A stretch of DNA of 64,000 nt, from positions 2,240,001 to 2,304,000 of the forward strand of contig OY970194.1 of NCBI GenBank assembly GCA_963708075.1, in the 5' to 3' direction. The translations under genes were made by a program, and so were the position numbers. The notes beneath the pieces were generated by a model, which did no database searches, was not told the DNA's origin, and saw only the letters and a list, made by a program, of their open reading frames with translations. Positions 1 to 8,142 of this stretch are shown here, one piece after another; within the stretch, counting starts at the first letter, position 1, and each line of letters opens with the position of its first letter. The DNA comes from Sedimentisphaerales bacterium. GTDB lineage: Bacteria; Planctomycetota; Phycisphaerae; Sedimentisphaerales; Anaerobacaceae.

Positions 1-13
1 GGTCCGCTATGTC

Positions 14-331
14 ATGACTGTCGCCTCCCCGGACATGACGATCCGCTGCGCAACGTTCGTCAATGCCCGCAAAGTAAAGCAGATCGCCAGGAATCCGGAG
101 GTCCATCTGACCTGCGGAATCACCGATCCGCAAAAGATGGCCCCCTACCTGCAGATCCAGGGCCGGGCGACCCTCAATACGAGCCGGGAGGCGCGCCACG
201 GCTTCTGGACCGATATGCTCGCGCCGATCTTCTCCGGCCCGGACGATCCCAACTACGGCATCCTTGAGATCGTGCCCTACTGCATCGAATACGTCACGGG
301 CATCGAGCCGGAGGTGTGGAGGGCTGAATGA
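14..331 (+). CDS. Pyridoxamine 5'-phosphate oxidase-like / general stress protein (probably 5'-truncated by window edge)
   Basis: T..ARKVKQIARNPEV motif and C-terminal W....F.GPDDPNY typical of the split-barrel FMN-binding family. Confidence 0.7.
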   Translation: MTVASPDMTIRCATFVNARKVKQIARNPEVHLTCGITDPQKMAPYLQIQGRATLNTSREARHGFWTDMLAPIFSGPDDPNYGILEIVPYCIEYVTGIEPEVWRAE

Positions 332-379
332 CGTCGCGGGCATGATGCCCTTGCATGACATGACCGAAAGGAGAATCCA

Positions 380-664
380 ATGACCGAGGGAGCAATCGCC
401 GGCGGCGTTGCAGCCGCTGCTATCGCCAATGCCATCCGGGCCTTCGGGGCCATCGTCACCGTGGAGTCGCGAGACTTCGAGGCGATCCTCATGAGGTCGG
501 AGGCGCCGCTCATCGTGTCTGCCCAAGGCGGACTCTTCTCCACTCACTACCAGTATTTGATGGCCTACAAGGGTCTCTTTTTCTACACGAGGACCCAGAC
601 TCCCCTGCCGTTCGCACCCAATGTCGAGATCATAAACGCAAAGAAAATCCTGCTTCCCGGCTGA
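380..664 (+). CDS. Conserved hypothetical protein (94 aa)
   Basis: AAAGGAGA RBS before ATG, GC3-rich codons. Confidence 0.7.
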   Translation: MTEGAIAGGVAAAAIANAIRAFGAIVTVESRDFEAILMRSEAPLIVSAQGGLFSTHYQYLMAYKGLFFYTRTQTPLPFAPNVEIINAKKILLPG

Positions 665-701
665 CTGATCCGCTTGCGATAGAGACGAGTCCACAGAACC
701 G

Positions 702-822
702 GGGTGCCATGCTTACGCTTGCGTAAGCATGTCTGGAGCACAAGCAGAAGATGTCCATGCAAGCATGGACCTGGCACCCGGCTTTCGCTTGGGTGGCATC
801 GGCACGCGCAGCTTGCCGATGG
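702..822. repeat. REP cluster: inverted GGGTGCCATG-palindrome pair (702-779) plus a GGGTGGCA-type REP (791-822)
   Basis: GGGTGCCATGCTTACGCTTGCGTAAGCATG...TGGCACCC; the same family recurs at 5412, 10447 and 50270. Confidence 0.8.
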
Positions 823-860
823 TTTGTCCGTTCGCCGCCGACGGAACCATGCCGTGCCGC

Positions 861-1850
861 TCAACTGATCCGCTTGCGATAGAGGCGGGTTTGCAGGGCG
901 TTCTGCCAGGCGGTCCAGTTCGATTCGCTCAGCTCCCCCGTGATGGCCGACGTCACCTGGTCCATCTTGGCGTCGAGGTCGTCGAGGTAGTAGACCATGA
1001 AGGCCTCCGCCGTCGCGGGCAGTTTCGGCGAGCCGAACTCGAAGGACCCGTGGTGAGAGAGAATGATGTGACTGAGTGAGTCCACGACTTCCGGGTCGAT
1101 CTTGACGCCCCGGGCCCGCAGCGCGTCCACCTTGCGCTGGATCATCAGGAAGCTCTTGGTGATGTGCCCGATGAGCTGGCCTGAGTCCGTGTAGGAGAAG
1201 GCCATGTCGTAGGCCAGTTCCTCCGTCTTGCCGATGTCGTGCAGGAAAACGCCGGCCAGAACCAGGTCCGCCTGCACCTGCGGGTACAGCGGCAGGATGC
1301 TCTTGGCGACGCGGAGCATGTTGTGCGTGTGCTCCAGGAGGCCGCCGATGCAGTCGTGGTGCAGCTTCATGCCGCCGGGGGCGTTGCAGAAGCTCGCCAT
1401 CAGGGCCTCGTCGGCCAGGAACTCGCAGGTGATGGCGGCAAGCTGCGGGTGCCGGATGCTCCCGACGATGTCCTTGACCTCCTTGAACATCTGGCCGCAG
1501 TCCTTGGGCGTCCGCGCCAGGTAGTGTTCCACGTTGACCTTGCTCGGATCGACCGTTACAACGCTATTCACCACAACCTGCAGGTTGTTCTGATACAGCT
1601 CGCTCCGGCCCTGGACGTGCACAAACCCCGGCTTGGGCAAGCCCTTATAGACCGCCTCCGTCGCCTGCCACATCCGCGCATTCAACTGCCCCGTGCGGTC
1701 GCACAGGAACATGGCGATATACAGGTCCCCTCGCGTCGTGCTGCGAAGAATCGGCTCGCGAACCACGTACACCCCGTTAACGACCTCCCCCGGCCCGATC
1801 TCATTGACAAACTTATGTGCTGCTGGTGCCTGCGCCATCATCGACTCCAT
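861..1850 (-). CDS. yhaM: 3'-5' exoribonuclease YhaM/Cbf1 family (OB-fold + HD domain)
   Basis: N-terminal OB fold (DRTGQLNARMW), HH...GGLLEHT, LHDIGK, ILSHHG..EFGSP, DDLDAK. Confidence 0.9.
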   Translation of the reverse strand: MESMMAQAPAAHKFVNEIGPGEVVNGVYVVREPILRSTTRGDLYIAMFLCDRTGQLNARMWQATEAVYKGLPKPGFVHVQGRSELYQNNLQVVVNSVVTVDPSKVNVEHYLARTPKDCGQMFKEVKDIVGSIRHPQLAAITCEFLADEALMASFCNAPGGMKLHHDCIGGLLEHTHNMLRVAKSILPLYPQVQADLVLAGVFLHDIGKTEELAYDMAFSYTDSGQLIGHITKSFLMIQRKVDALRARGVKIDPEVVDSLSHIILSHHGSFEFGSPKLPATAEAFMVYYLDDLDAKMDQVTSAITGELSESNWTAWQNALQTRLYRKRIS

Positions 1851-2293
1851 TTATGCCCACTATTTCCAACGCGGGCCTCATCATAGTTGCGCCTCCCCCT
1901 CGCTGGCAAGAAATGATTCCGGGAAAGGTCAAAGATTGGGTTGCACACACACGGATCACGTTTTTCGCGTTTCGGGTACCAGCGGGGAAGAGGGAGGCCT
2001 GGCATCATGCCGAGCCTTCCCCACTGCATACCACCGGCCTCGGCGCTCGGGTCGCTCGCCAGCGTTGCCACCTGCCTTCGCAGGGCAGGCTCTATCCTCC
2101 GGGCCGGCACAAGCAGTCTACCACGGTGCAGCACGCCCCACCAACCTCCCTACTGGTACCCACAAAGCGAAAAACGCACCTCGGCTTCCTATTGGGCGTC
2201 GCGACGCGGATGGGCCGAGGCCGGAGATGAAGTCCCCGTTCCGCGACGCGGCATCAGGCTCGAATTGACTATCCTCTTCTCCAAGACTCACAT

Positions 2294-2394
2294 GCCGAAC
2301 GCCCGCGTTCGCTTGCCGGGCCGGCAACAAGGAACGCGATGTCCAGGAGAATGATCGTAATGCCGGGCCGGTCAAGTGCAACGCCTCGTTCGAC
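2294..2394 (-). mobile_element. Integron attC site
   Basis: Minus strand: R'' GTCGAAC, 5 nt, L'' GTTGCACT (extra G), stem, L' AGCGAAC, 6 nt, R' GTTCGGC; begins just after the stop of 2401..3171. Confidence 0.8.
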
Positions 2395-2400
2395 GGCCCT

Positions 2401-3171
2401 TCAGTGGCCTTCCGCATCCCAGTCGTGCTGGTACTTCACCCGGTCACCGATACCAGCCCAACCACAATAGATGTTGCTATCCTTCGGGTCGGAGTCGAGA
2501 ATCTCGACTTGGCCGACGACTTGAAGCCGATCCTTCGCCTTACGAAAACCAATTGGCGGATACCAAGCGACATCCATTTCGTTGTCCCAACTGTGGTGAG
2601 TGAGAACGAGCCATTTCCGCTTGCGAAAAACCTCCATCGTCGGTCTGTCTCCTGAAAGATAGTCCAACATCGCGACGAGGTTCTTTCCACACTCCTCGAT
2701 GGAATGGTCAGCCGCCAGGACAATTGCTGCCGCGTATTGTCCCTCTGCCAATTGGATACTCAGACAATCGCCCGGCCGAAACTTAGGTGCTCGAATTACG
2801 GTGTTCGGCGGTTTCTTTGGTCGCGGATTTGGGGCCCCGATCTTCCTGATGAATTTTTCAAGCGCCGCTCGCCGGCGTGCAAGCCCACGCCGGTCCTCTT
2901 CCCACGCAAGCATGCTCCGGCCAGAAGCAAAGTCATCCTTGACGCGCTCAAGGACAGAAGCTTCCAATCCGCCATACGTCCATTGCATATCTGCCAGCGC
3001 GAGCCAAAAAAGCGGCCCATCGTTCGAGTCCTTAATCGCCCCGCCGAATTGTAACTCTACGGCCTTTGTAGCGTCGGCGACGCTCTTGCCGGCTTTCAAG
3101 AGATCCTCAAAAACGCCGATAACGTCGCAAACGAAATCGTCCTGTCGAATGCCATACCCCCACGCGCCCAT
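2401..3171 (-). CDS. Integron cassette gene, hypothetical (DUF4259-like N-terminus, Imm26-like C-terminus)
   Basis: MGAWGYGI..DD start; PKFRPGDCLSIQL..GQYAAA segment; bounded by GTTCGAC core (3191-3197) and the attC. Confidence 0.7.
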   Translation of the reverse strand: MGAWGYGIRQDDFVCDVIGVFEDLLKAGKSVADATKAVELQFGGAIKDSNDGPLFWLALADMQWTYGGLEASVLERVKDDFASGRSMLAWEEDRRGLARRRAALEKFIRKIGAPNPRPKKPPNTVIRAPKFRPGDCLSIQLAEGQYAAAIVLAADHSIEECGKNLVAMLDYLSGDRPTMEVFRKRKWLVLTHHSWDNEMDVAWYPPIGFRKAKDRLQVVGQVEILDSDPKDSNIYCGWAGIGDRVKYQHDWDAEGH

Positions 3172-3330
3172 CGAAGACTCCACATTGGCTGTCGAACAAT
3201 GATTATACAGTCCGTATAGAAGGGAAACGCAGACTGTCTCTTTCTGTATAAGAAGGTCCCGACTCTTCTCACAGTTCCTTTAAAATCTTTCATTCCAACG
3301 GATTACTGACTTCCTCTTCATCGACCGCTC

Positions 3331-3364
3331 CCGGTTTATACAGACTGTAAACTGTATAAACCGG
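3331..3364. repeat. Perfect 13-8-13 inverted repeat
   Basis: CCGGTTTATACAG-ACTGTAAA-CTGTATAAACCGG. Confidence 0.85.
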
Positions 3365-3520
3365 CCTGCAACTGAGCACACTTTCACCCAAACGTGTACT
3401 TGGGGCGCCGCCGACATCCGATTCTCCTTCAGCTATGTGAAAGAGCGTAGCACGGCAGGTCCTGCGAAGTCAACCAAGAAGCTCTTGAGCCAACTCTTGC
3501 GTGATTGTCGCACCTGCCGC

Positions 3521-3549
3521 TTGCGTCGGGGGGCAGTTTCGGCTATAAG
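3521..3549 (+). promoter_or_regulatory. Putative sigma70 promoter of proS
   Basis: TTGCGT-N17-TATAAG about 60 bp upstream of the ATG. Confidence 0.45.
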
Positions 3550-3607
3550 GATGGGCTCTTTCGGAGTCTAGGTGGCATAGAATAGATGGTGGAATTCGAG
3601 GCAGGAC

Positions 3608-5344
3608 ATGCGATATAGCCAGATGTTGATCCCGACGGTCAAAGAGGTGCCGGCGGAGGCGGAAATCACGAGTCACAAGCTGATGATCCGGGCGGGTCTG
3701 ATCCGCAAGGTGGCCAGCGGCACGTACACGTATCTGCCGCTGGGCTGGCGGACGCTCAAGAAGATCATCGCCATCGTCCGCGAGGAGATGGACCGGGCCG
3801 GAGCGCAGGAGATCATCGTGCCCTGCCTGCAGCCGCTGGAGCTATGGCAGCAGACCGGGCGAAGCGAGGATTACGGCGAGACCATGTTCCGACTCGAAGA
3901 TCGTCACGGCCGACTGAACGTGCTTGGCCCGACCGCCGAGGAGGTCTTCACGTTCCACGCGGCCGCGGAGCTCAATTCCTACAAGCAACTGCCGGTCAAC
4001 CTGTATCAGATCACGCCGAAGTTCCGCGATGAGTTTCGCCCGCGGTTCGGCGTCCTGCGGTCGCGCGAGTTCATCATGAAGGACGCGTACAGCTTCGACG
4101 CGACGCCCGAGAGCCTGCACAAGTCGTACATGGCGATGTACAACGCTTATTGCCGCGTCTTCCAGCGTTGCGGCGTCGAGTACGTGATCGTCGAGGCCGA
4201 GTCCGGGGAGATGGGCGGCACCGGCTCGCACCAGTTCACGATCCCCTGCGAGAACGGCGAGGACACTATCGTGTACACCGCCGACGGCTCCTATGCGGCG
4301 AACTTGGAAAAGGCCGCGGTCGATCCGCTGCCCAAGGAGCCGGCCCGCGATGTTCCACCACCGCAGGATGTGCACACGCCAAACGTTGGCACTATTGAGG
4401 CCGTCTGTGGGTTCCTCAAGACCCAGCCCCGGGACATGATTAAGACGCTCATCTTCGACGCACGTGGCCAGACCGTGGCGGCTCTCGTTCGGGGCGATCA
4501 CGAGCTAAACCCGGAGAAACTGACACAGGCGCTCGGCGGCGTACACGTCGAGCTGGCCGAGCCGGCGATCATCGAGCGTGTCACCGGCGCGAAGGTCGGC
4601 TTTGCGGGTCCTGTGGGATTGGCCGGCCGCGTATTCAAGATGATCGTCGATCACGCGGTCGCCGCGATGGCCGTCGGCGTCACCGGCGCCAACAAGACGG
4701 ACTATCATACAAAGAATGTCGTTCCCGGTCGGGACTTCCCGCTGTCGGGCGACAATGTCGTCGTGGCCGACATCCGCATGGCTCAGCCGAGCGACAAGCA
4801 TAACGGCGTTCCCGTGCTCTTCAAAAAGGGCATCGAGGTCGGGCAGGTCTTCAAGCTTGGCACGAAATACAGCCAAAAGCTCGGCGCCAACTTCAAAGAC
4901 GAAAGCGGCGAGCTGCACCCCTGCCTCATGGGCTGCTACGGCATCGGCATCAACCGCATCATGGCCTCCGCCATCGAGCTGTACAACGACGGGAACGGGA
5001 TCATCTGGCCGATTTCCATCGCCCCGTTCGAGGTGATCGTGACGCCGGTGAATCAGGACGACCCCGATGTCGTCAGGGTCGCGGAAGAGCTTCACCGCAC
5101 GCTCACCGAGGCCGGCGTGGAGGTGCTGCTGGACGACCGCGACCTTCGCGGCGGCATCAAGTTCAAGGATGCCGACCTGATCGGCATCCCCGTCCGGGTC
5201 ACGGTCGGCAAGAAGTCCGTGGTCGAGGGCAACGTCGAGGTCAAGCTGCGGGCGAAGCCCGAGAGCGAAAAGATCGCCATCGACAAAGCGGCGGAGAAGG
5301 TCATGGAACTGGTCCGGTCGCTCAAAGAGAAGGTGAATGCATAG
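3608..5344 (+). CDS. proS: Proline--tRNA ligase
   Basis: Class II motifs (FRDEFRPRFGVLRSREFIMKDAYSF; MGCYGIGINR), editing insertion, anticodon-binding domain. Confidence 0.97.
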   Translation: MRYSQMLIPTVKEVPAEAEITSHKLMIRAGLIRKVASGTYTYLPLGWRTLKKIIAIVREEMDRAGAQEIIVPCLQPLELWQQTGRSEDYGETMFRLEDRHGRLNVLGPTAEEVFTFHAAAELNSYKQLPVNLYQITPKFRDEFRPRFGVLRSREFIMKDAYSFDATPESLHKSYMAMYNAYCRVFQRCGVEYVIVEAESGEMGGTGSHQFTIPCENGEDTIVYTADGSYAANLEKAAVDPLPKEPARDVPPPQDVHTPNVGTIEAVCGFLKTQPRDMIKTLIFDARGQTVAALVRGDHELNPEKLTQALGGVHVELAEPAIIERVTGAKVGFAGPVGLAGRVFKMIVDHAVAAMAVGVTGANKTDYHTKNVVPGRDFPLSGDNVVVADIRMAQPSDKHNGVPVLFKKGIEVGQVFKLGTKYSQKLGANFKDESGELHPCLMGCYGIGINRIMASAIELYNDGNGIIWPISIAPFEVIVTPVNQDDPDVVRVAEELHRTLTEAGVEVLLDDRDLRGGIKFKDADLIGIPVRVTVGKKSVVEGNVEVKLRAKPESEKIAIDKAAEKVMELVRSLKEKVNA

Positions 5345-5347
5345 AAA

Positions 5348-5568
5348 CCATCGGCAAGCATTCGCTTGCCGCTGCCACCCGATAGTGTAAAGTGACATAG
5401 TCTTGTGATGTGGGTGCCATGCTTACGCTTGCGTAAGCATGTTTTGGTTACCGAGTTGGGCATGCATCCGTTGCGACGGGTGCGGAATGACACAGTACGT
5501 GTAGGGTGTGCACCGCACACCTTGGTTTTGTCTGGTCGATGGAGAGTGGTGTGCAATGCACACCCTAC
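5348..5568. repeat. Cluster of three REP families between proS and the next gene
   Basis: CATCGGCAAGC..GCTTGCCGCTGCCACCC (5349-5380); GGGTGCCATG REP (5412-5441); inverted GTAGGGTGTGCA...TGCACACCCTAC pair (5501-5568). Confidence 0.75.
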
Positions 5569-5582
5569 GAAGGAGAAGACCG

Positions 5583-6470
5583 ATGAATAGCAGTCAATCG
5601 ACACGAAGAAGCTTTATCCGCAATACGTCCCTGCTGGCGGCCGGGGCAGTCGTCACACGGCTGACCGGCAGTGCCGCCGCGGCGATTGATCTCGATAAGG
5701 TCGAGACTGTCGCCACCAAGGGGCGCATCAACCAGTCCGTGAGCCAGTGGTGCTATGGCAAATGGTCACTCGATGAGCTCTGCCAGGTCTCCAAGAAGCT
5801 GGGGCTCAAGGCCATCGATCTGCTTGGGCCGGCCCAATTCGAGACGGTCAAGAAGTACGGGCTGGTCGTCTCCATGGTCAACAGCCATTCGCTGACCGAC
5901 GGTCTGGCCGACAAGAAGTTCCACGAGGCGTGCCTGGCCAAGCTGCGCGAGACAATCGACGCGACCTCGGCGGCGGGATTCCCGAACGTGATCTCGTTCT
6001 CCGGCAATCGCCGGGGCATTCCCGACGACGTCGGTATCGAGAACTCCGTCGAGGCTCTCAAGAAGATCGTCGGCTATGCGGAGCAGAAGAAGGTCACGAT
6101 CGTGCTGGAGTACCTCAACAGCAAGGTCAACCACAAGGACTACATGTTCGACAAGACCGCCTGGGGGGCGGAGGTCTGCAAGCGCGTCGGCTCCGAGCGG
6201 GTGAAAATTCTGTACGATATCTACCACGCCCAGATCATGGAAGGCGACGTCATCCGCACGATCCAGACGTACAAAGACTACATCGGGCATTACCACACCG
6301 GCGGCAATCCCGGCCGCAACGAGATCGATGACACGCAGGAGCTCTACTACCCGGCCATTATGCGGGCCATCGCGGAGACCGGCTTCAAGGGCTACGTCGC
6401 CCACGAGTTCGTCCCGAAGCAGGACCCGCTGACCTCGCTGACCTACGCCGCCCGCATCTGCGACGTCTGA
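5583..6470 (+). CDS. Tat-exported hydroxypyruvate isomerase-family TIM-barrel protein
   Basis: TRRSFI twin-arginine signal; LYDIYHAQIMEGD, HYHTGGNPGRNE, HEF motifs; AAGGAG RBS. Confidence 0.9.
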   Translation: MNSSQSTRRSFIRNTSLLAAGAVVTRLTGSAAAAIDLDKVETVATKGRINQSVSQWCYGKWSLDELCQVSKKLGLKAIDLLGPAQFETVKKYGLVVSMVNSHSLTDGLADKKFHEACLAKLRETIDATSAAGFPNVISFSGNRRGIPDDVGIENSVEALKKIVGYAEQKKVTIVLEYLNSKVNHKDYMFDKTAWGAEVCKRVGSERVKILYDIYHAQIMEGDVIRTIQTYKDYIGHYHTGGNPGRNEIDDTQELYYPAIMRAIAETGFKGYVAHEFVPKQDPLTSLTYAARICDV

Positions 6471-6490
6471 AAGGACACCGATCAGACAAC

Positions 6491-7042
6491 ATGTGGGAAC
6501 TCAAGGAGCCCAGACCGGTCAAGCTGATCACAGGCATTCTCGCAGCCGACGAGCCATGCCTGGCGGCGGCAAGGAGCAGCCTGGAATCTGCCATCGGCCG
6601 GATCGACCTGGTCAGCGATATCTGGCCCTTCGAGCAAACGAGCTACTACGCGGACGAGATCGGCCCGCGGATTTTCAGGCAATTCGTCAGCTTCGCCCAG
6701 CTCATCGATCCGGGCGACCTGGCCGATATCAAGCACCGGACGAACACCATCGAGCAGGAGTTGGCCAGGTCTCTTGCCCTGCCCGTGCCCCGGCCGGTCA
6801 ACCTCGATCCGGGAATTATCGAGCCCTCCAAGCTTGTCCTGGCGACAACCAAGAATTATTCTCACCGTATATACATCGGCAAGCAGATGTATGCCGAAGT
6901 AACTCTGGTGTACGACAAAGGCGTCTGGCGGCCCCTGCCGTACACATACCCGGACTACCGTAGTCCGCCGTATTTCGACTTTTTTACAAAGGTTCGAGGC
7001 CGGCTCCTCGAGCAATTGAGGGCCATGGCTCGGGAACAATGA
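6491..7042 (+). CDS. DUF4416 family protein
   Basis: T.YY..E.G, R.VNLDPG, LATTKNYSHRIY, YTYPDY motifs. Confidence 0.85.
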   Translation: MWELKEPRPVKLITGILAADEPCLAAARSSLESAIGRIDLVSDIWPFEQTSYYADEIGPRIFRQFVSFAQLIDPGDLADIKHRTNTIEQELARSLALPVPRPVNLDPGIIEPSKLVLATTKNYSHRIYIGKQMYAEVTLVYDKGVWRPLPYTYPDYRSPPYFDFFTKVRGRLLEQLRAMAREQ

Positions 7043-8142
7043 TGCTGATTCTACTGGCGGCAGGTTTACTCGTCGGCTCCATGGCCTGTTCGGCGGTCTT
7101 GACGGCCGTGGCCAAGAAGGTGGCCCTGCGTGTCGGCCTCGTCGCGCATCCAAAGGCGGACAGGTACCACCGCTCGGTGATCCCGCTGGGCGGCGGCATC
7201 GCCATTTTCTGCACGCTGGCCCTGTTCCTTGTTGGGGGGGCAGCAGCCATGCAGAGTCGTTGGGCCCACGGCCTGCACTTCTTCATAGGACCTTTTGGCG
7301 CCTGGCCAGCCAACTTCCTGCACCACACAAATGAGCTCCTTGCGATTCTGCTCTGCGCCACGATCCTGTTCTTCGTGGGTCTCTGGGATGATAAGCGAGC
7401 CCTGGGGCCATACATCAAGCTGGCCTTCCAGTTCGGTGTGGCTTTCCTGGCCGCGTGGCTCGGCGACGTTCGCGTGGAATTCTTCATTCAGAACACCATC
7501 GTCACGTCCATGCTCTCGGCCTTCTGGATCGTCCTGCTTGTCAACGCGTTCAACTTCCTCGATAACATGGATGGGGCGTCGGCCGGAATCGCGGCAATTG
7601 CCAGCGCTGCCCTGCTCACCGCCGCGGCGTTCAATGGGCAGATCTTTGTCGGTGGCCTGGCCATCGTCTTCATTGGGGCGTTGCTCGGATTTCTCGTCTT
7701 CAACTTCCCGCCGGCCTCGATCTTCATGGGCGATGCGGGCTCGCTCGTCGTCGGCTTCTTCGTCGCCCTGCTGACGCTTCGCACCGACTATTATCAGCAG
7801 GCGCAGAGCGGCTCCTGGTACCCCATCCTGCTGCCTCTGATCGCCGTCGCCGTGCCTCTCTATGATTTCACCAGCGTCACGCTGCTGCGAATCAGCCAGG
7901 GCAAGAGCCCCTTCGTCGGCGACACCCAGCATTTCTCACACCGTCTCCGGCGGCGAGGGCTGACGGACCGGCAGACCGCCCTGACCTTGTACCTCGCCAC
8001 GCTGTGCACCGGCCTGGGAGCGACATTCCTGTACCAGGTGAACCTCGTCGGCGCGATCCTCATCGTGATCCAGACGTGCCTGATCCTGGCCATCATTGGA
8101 GTCTTCGAGACCACCGTTCGCAATGAGCCGAAAGACAGCTAA
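7039..8142 (+). CDS. MraY/WecA-family undecaprenyl-phosphate sugar-1-phosphate transferase
   Basis: PLGGG, GLWDD, NAFNFLDNMDG, FMGDAGS, D..HFSHRL; multiple TM helices. Confidence 0.92.
   Translation: MMLILLAAGLLVGSMACSAVLTAVAKKVALRVGLVAHPKADRYHRSVIPLGGGIAIFCTLALFLVGGAAAMQSRWAHGLHFFIGPFGAWPANFLHHTNELLAILLCATILFFVGLWDDKRALGPYIKLAFQFGVAFLAAWLGDVRVEFFIQNTIVTSMLSAFWIVLLVNAFNFLDNMDGASAGIAAIASAALLTAAAFNGQIFVGGLAIVFIGALLGFLVFNFPPASIFMGDAGSLVVGFFVALLTLRTDYYQQAQSGSWYPILLPLIAVAVPLYDFTSVTLLRISQGKSPFVGDTQHFSHRLRRRGLTDRQTALTLYLATLCTGLGATFLYQVNLVGAILIVIQTCLILAIIGVFETTVRNEPKDS

Noticed and set aside
1925..2290. IS end or second integron cassette downstream of the attC
   Set aside because: The region looks structured (hairpins, a small CCTGCC..GGCAGG palindrome), but no convincing ORF, second attC or terminal repeat pair could be established.
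3331..3364. Proteobacterial LexA box
   Set aside because: The half-sites are ACAG-N8-CTGT, the reverse of CTGT-N8-ACAG.
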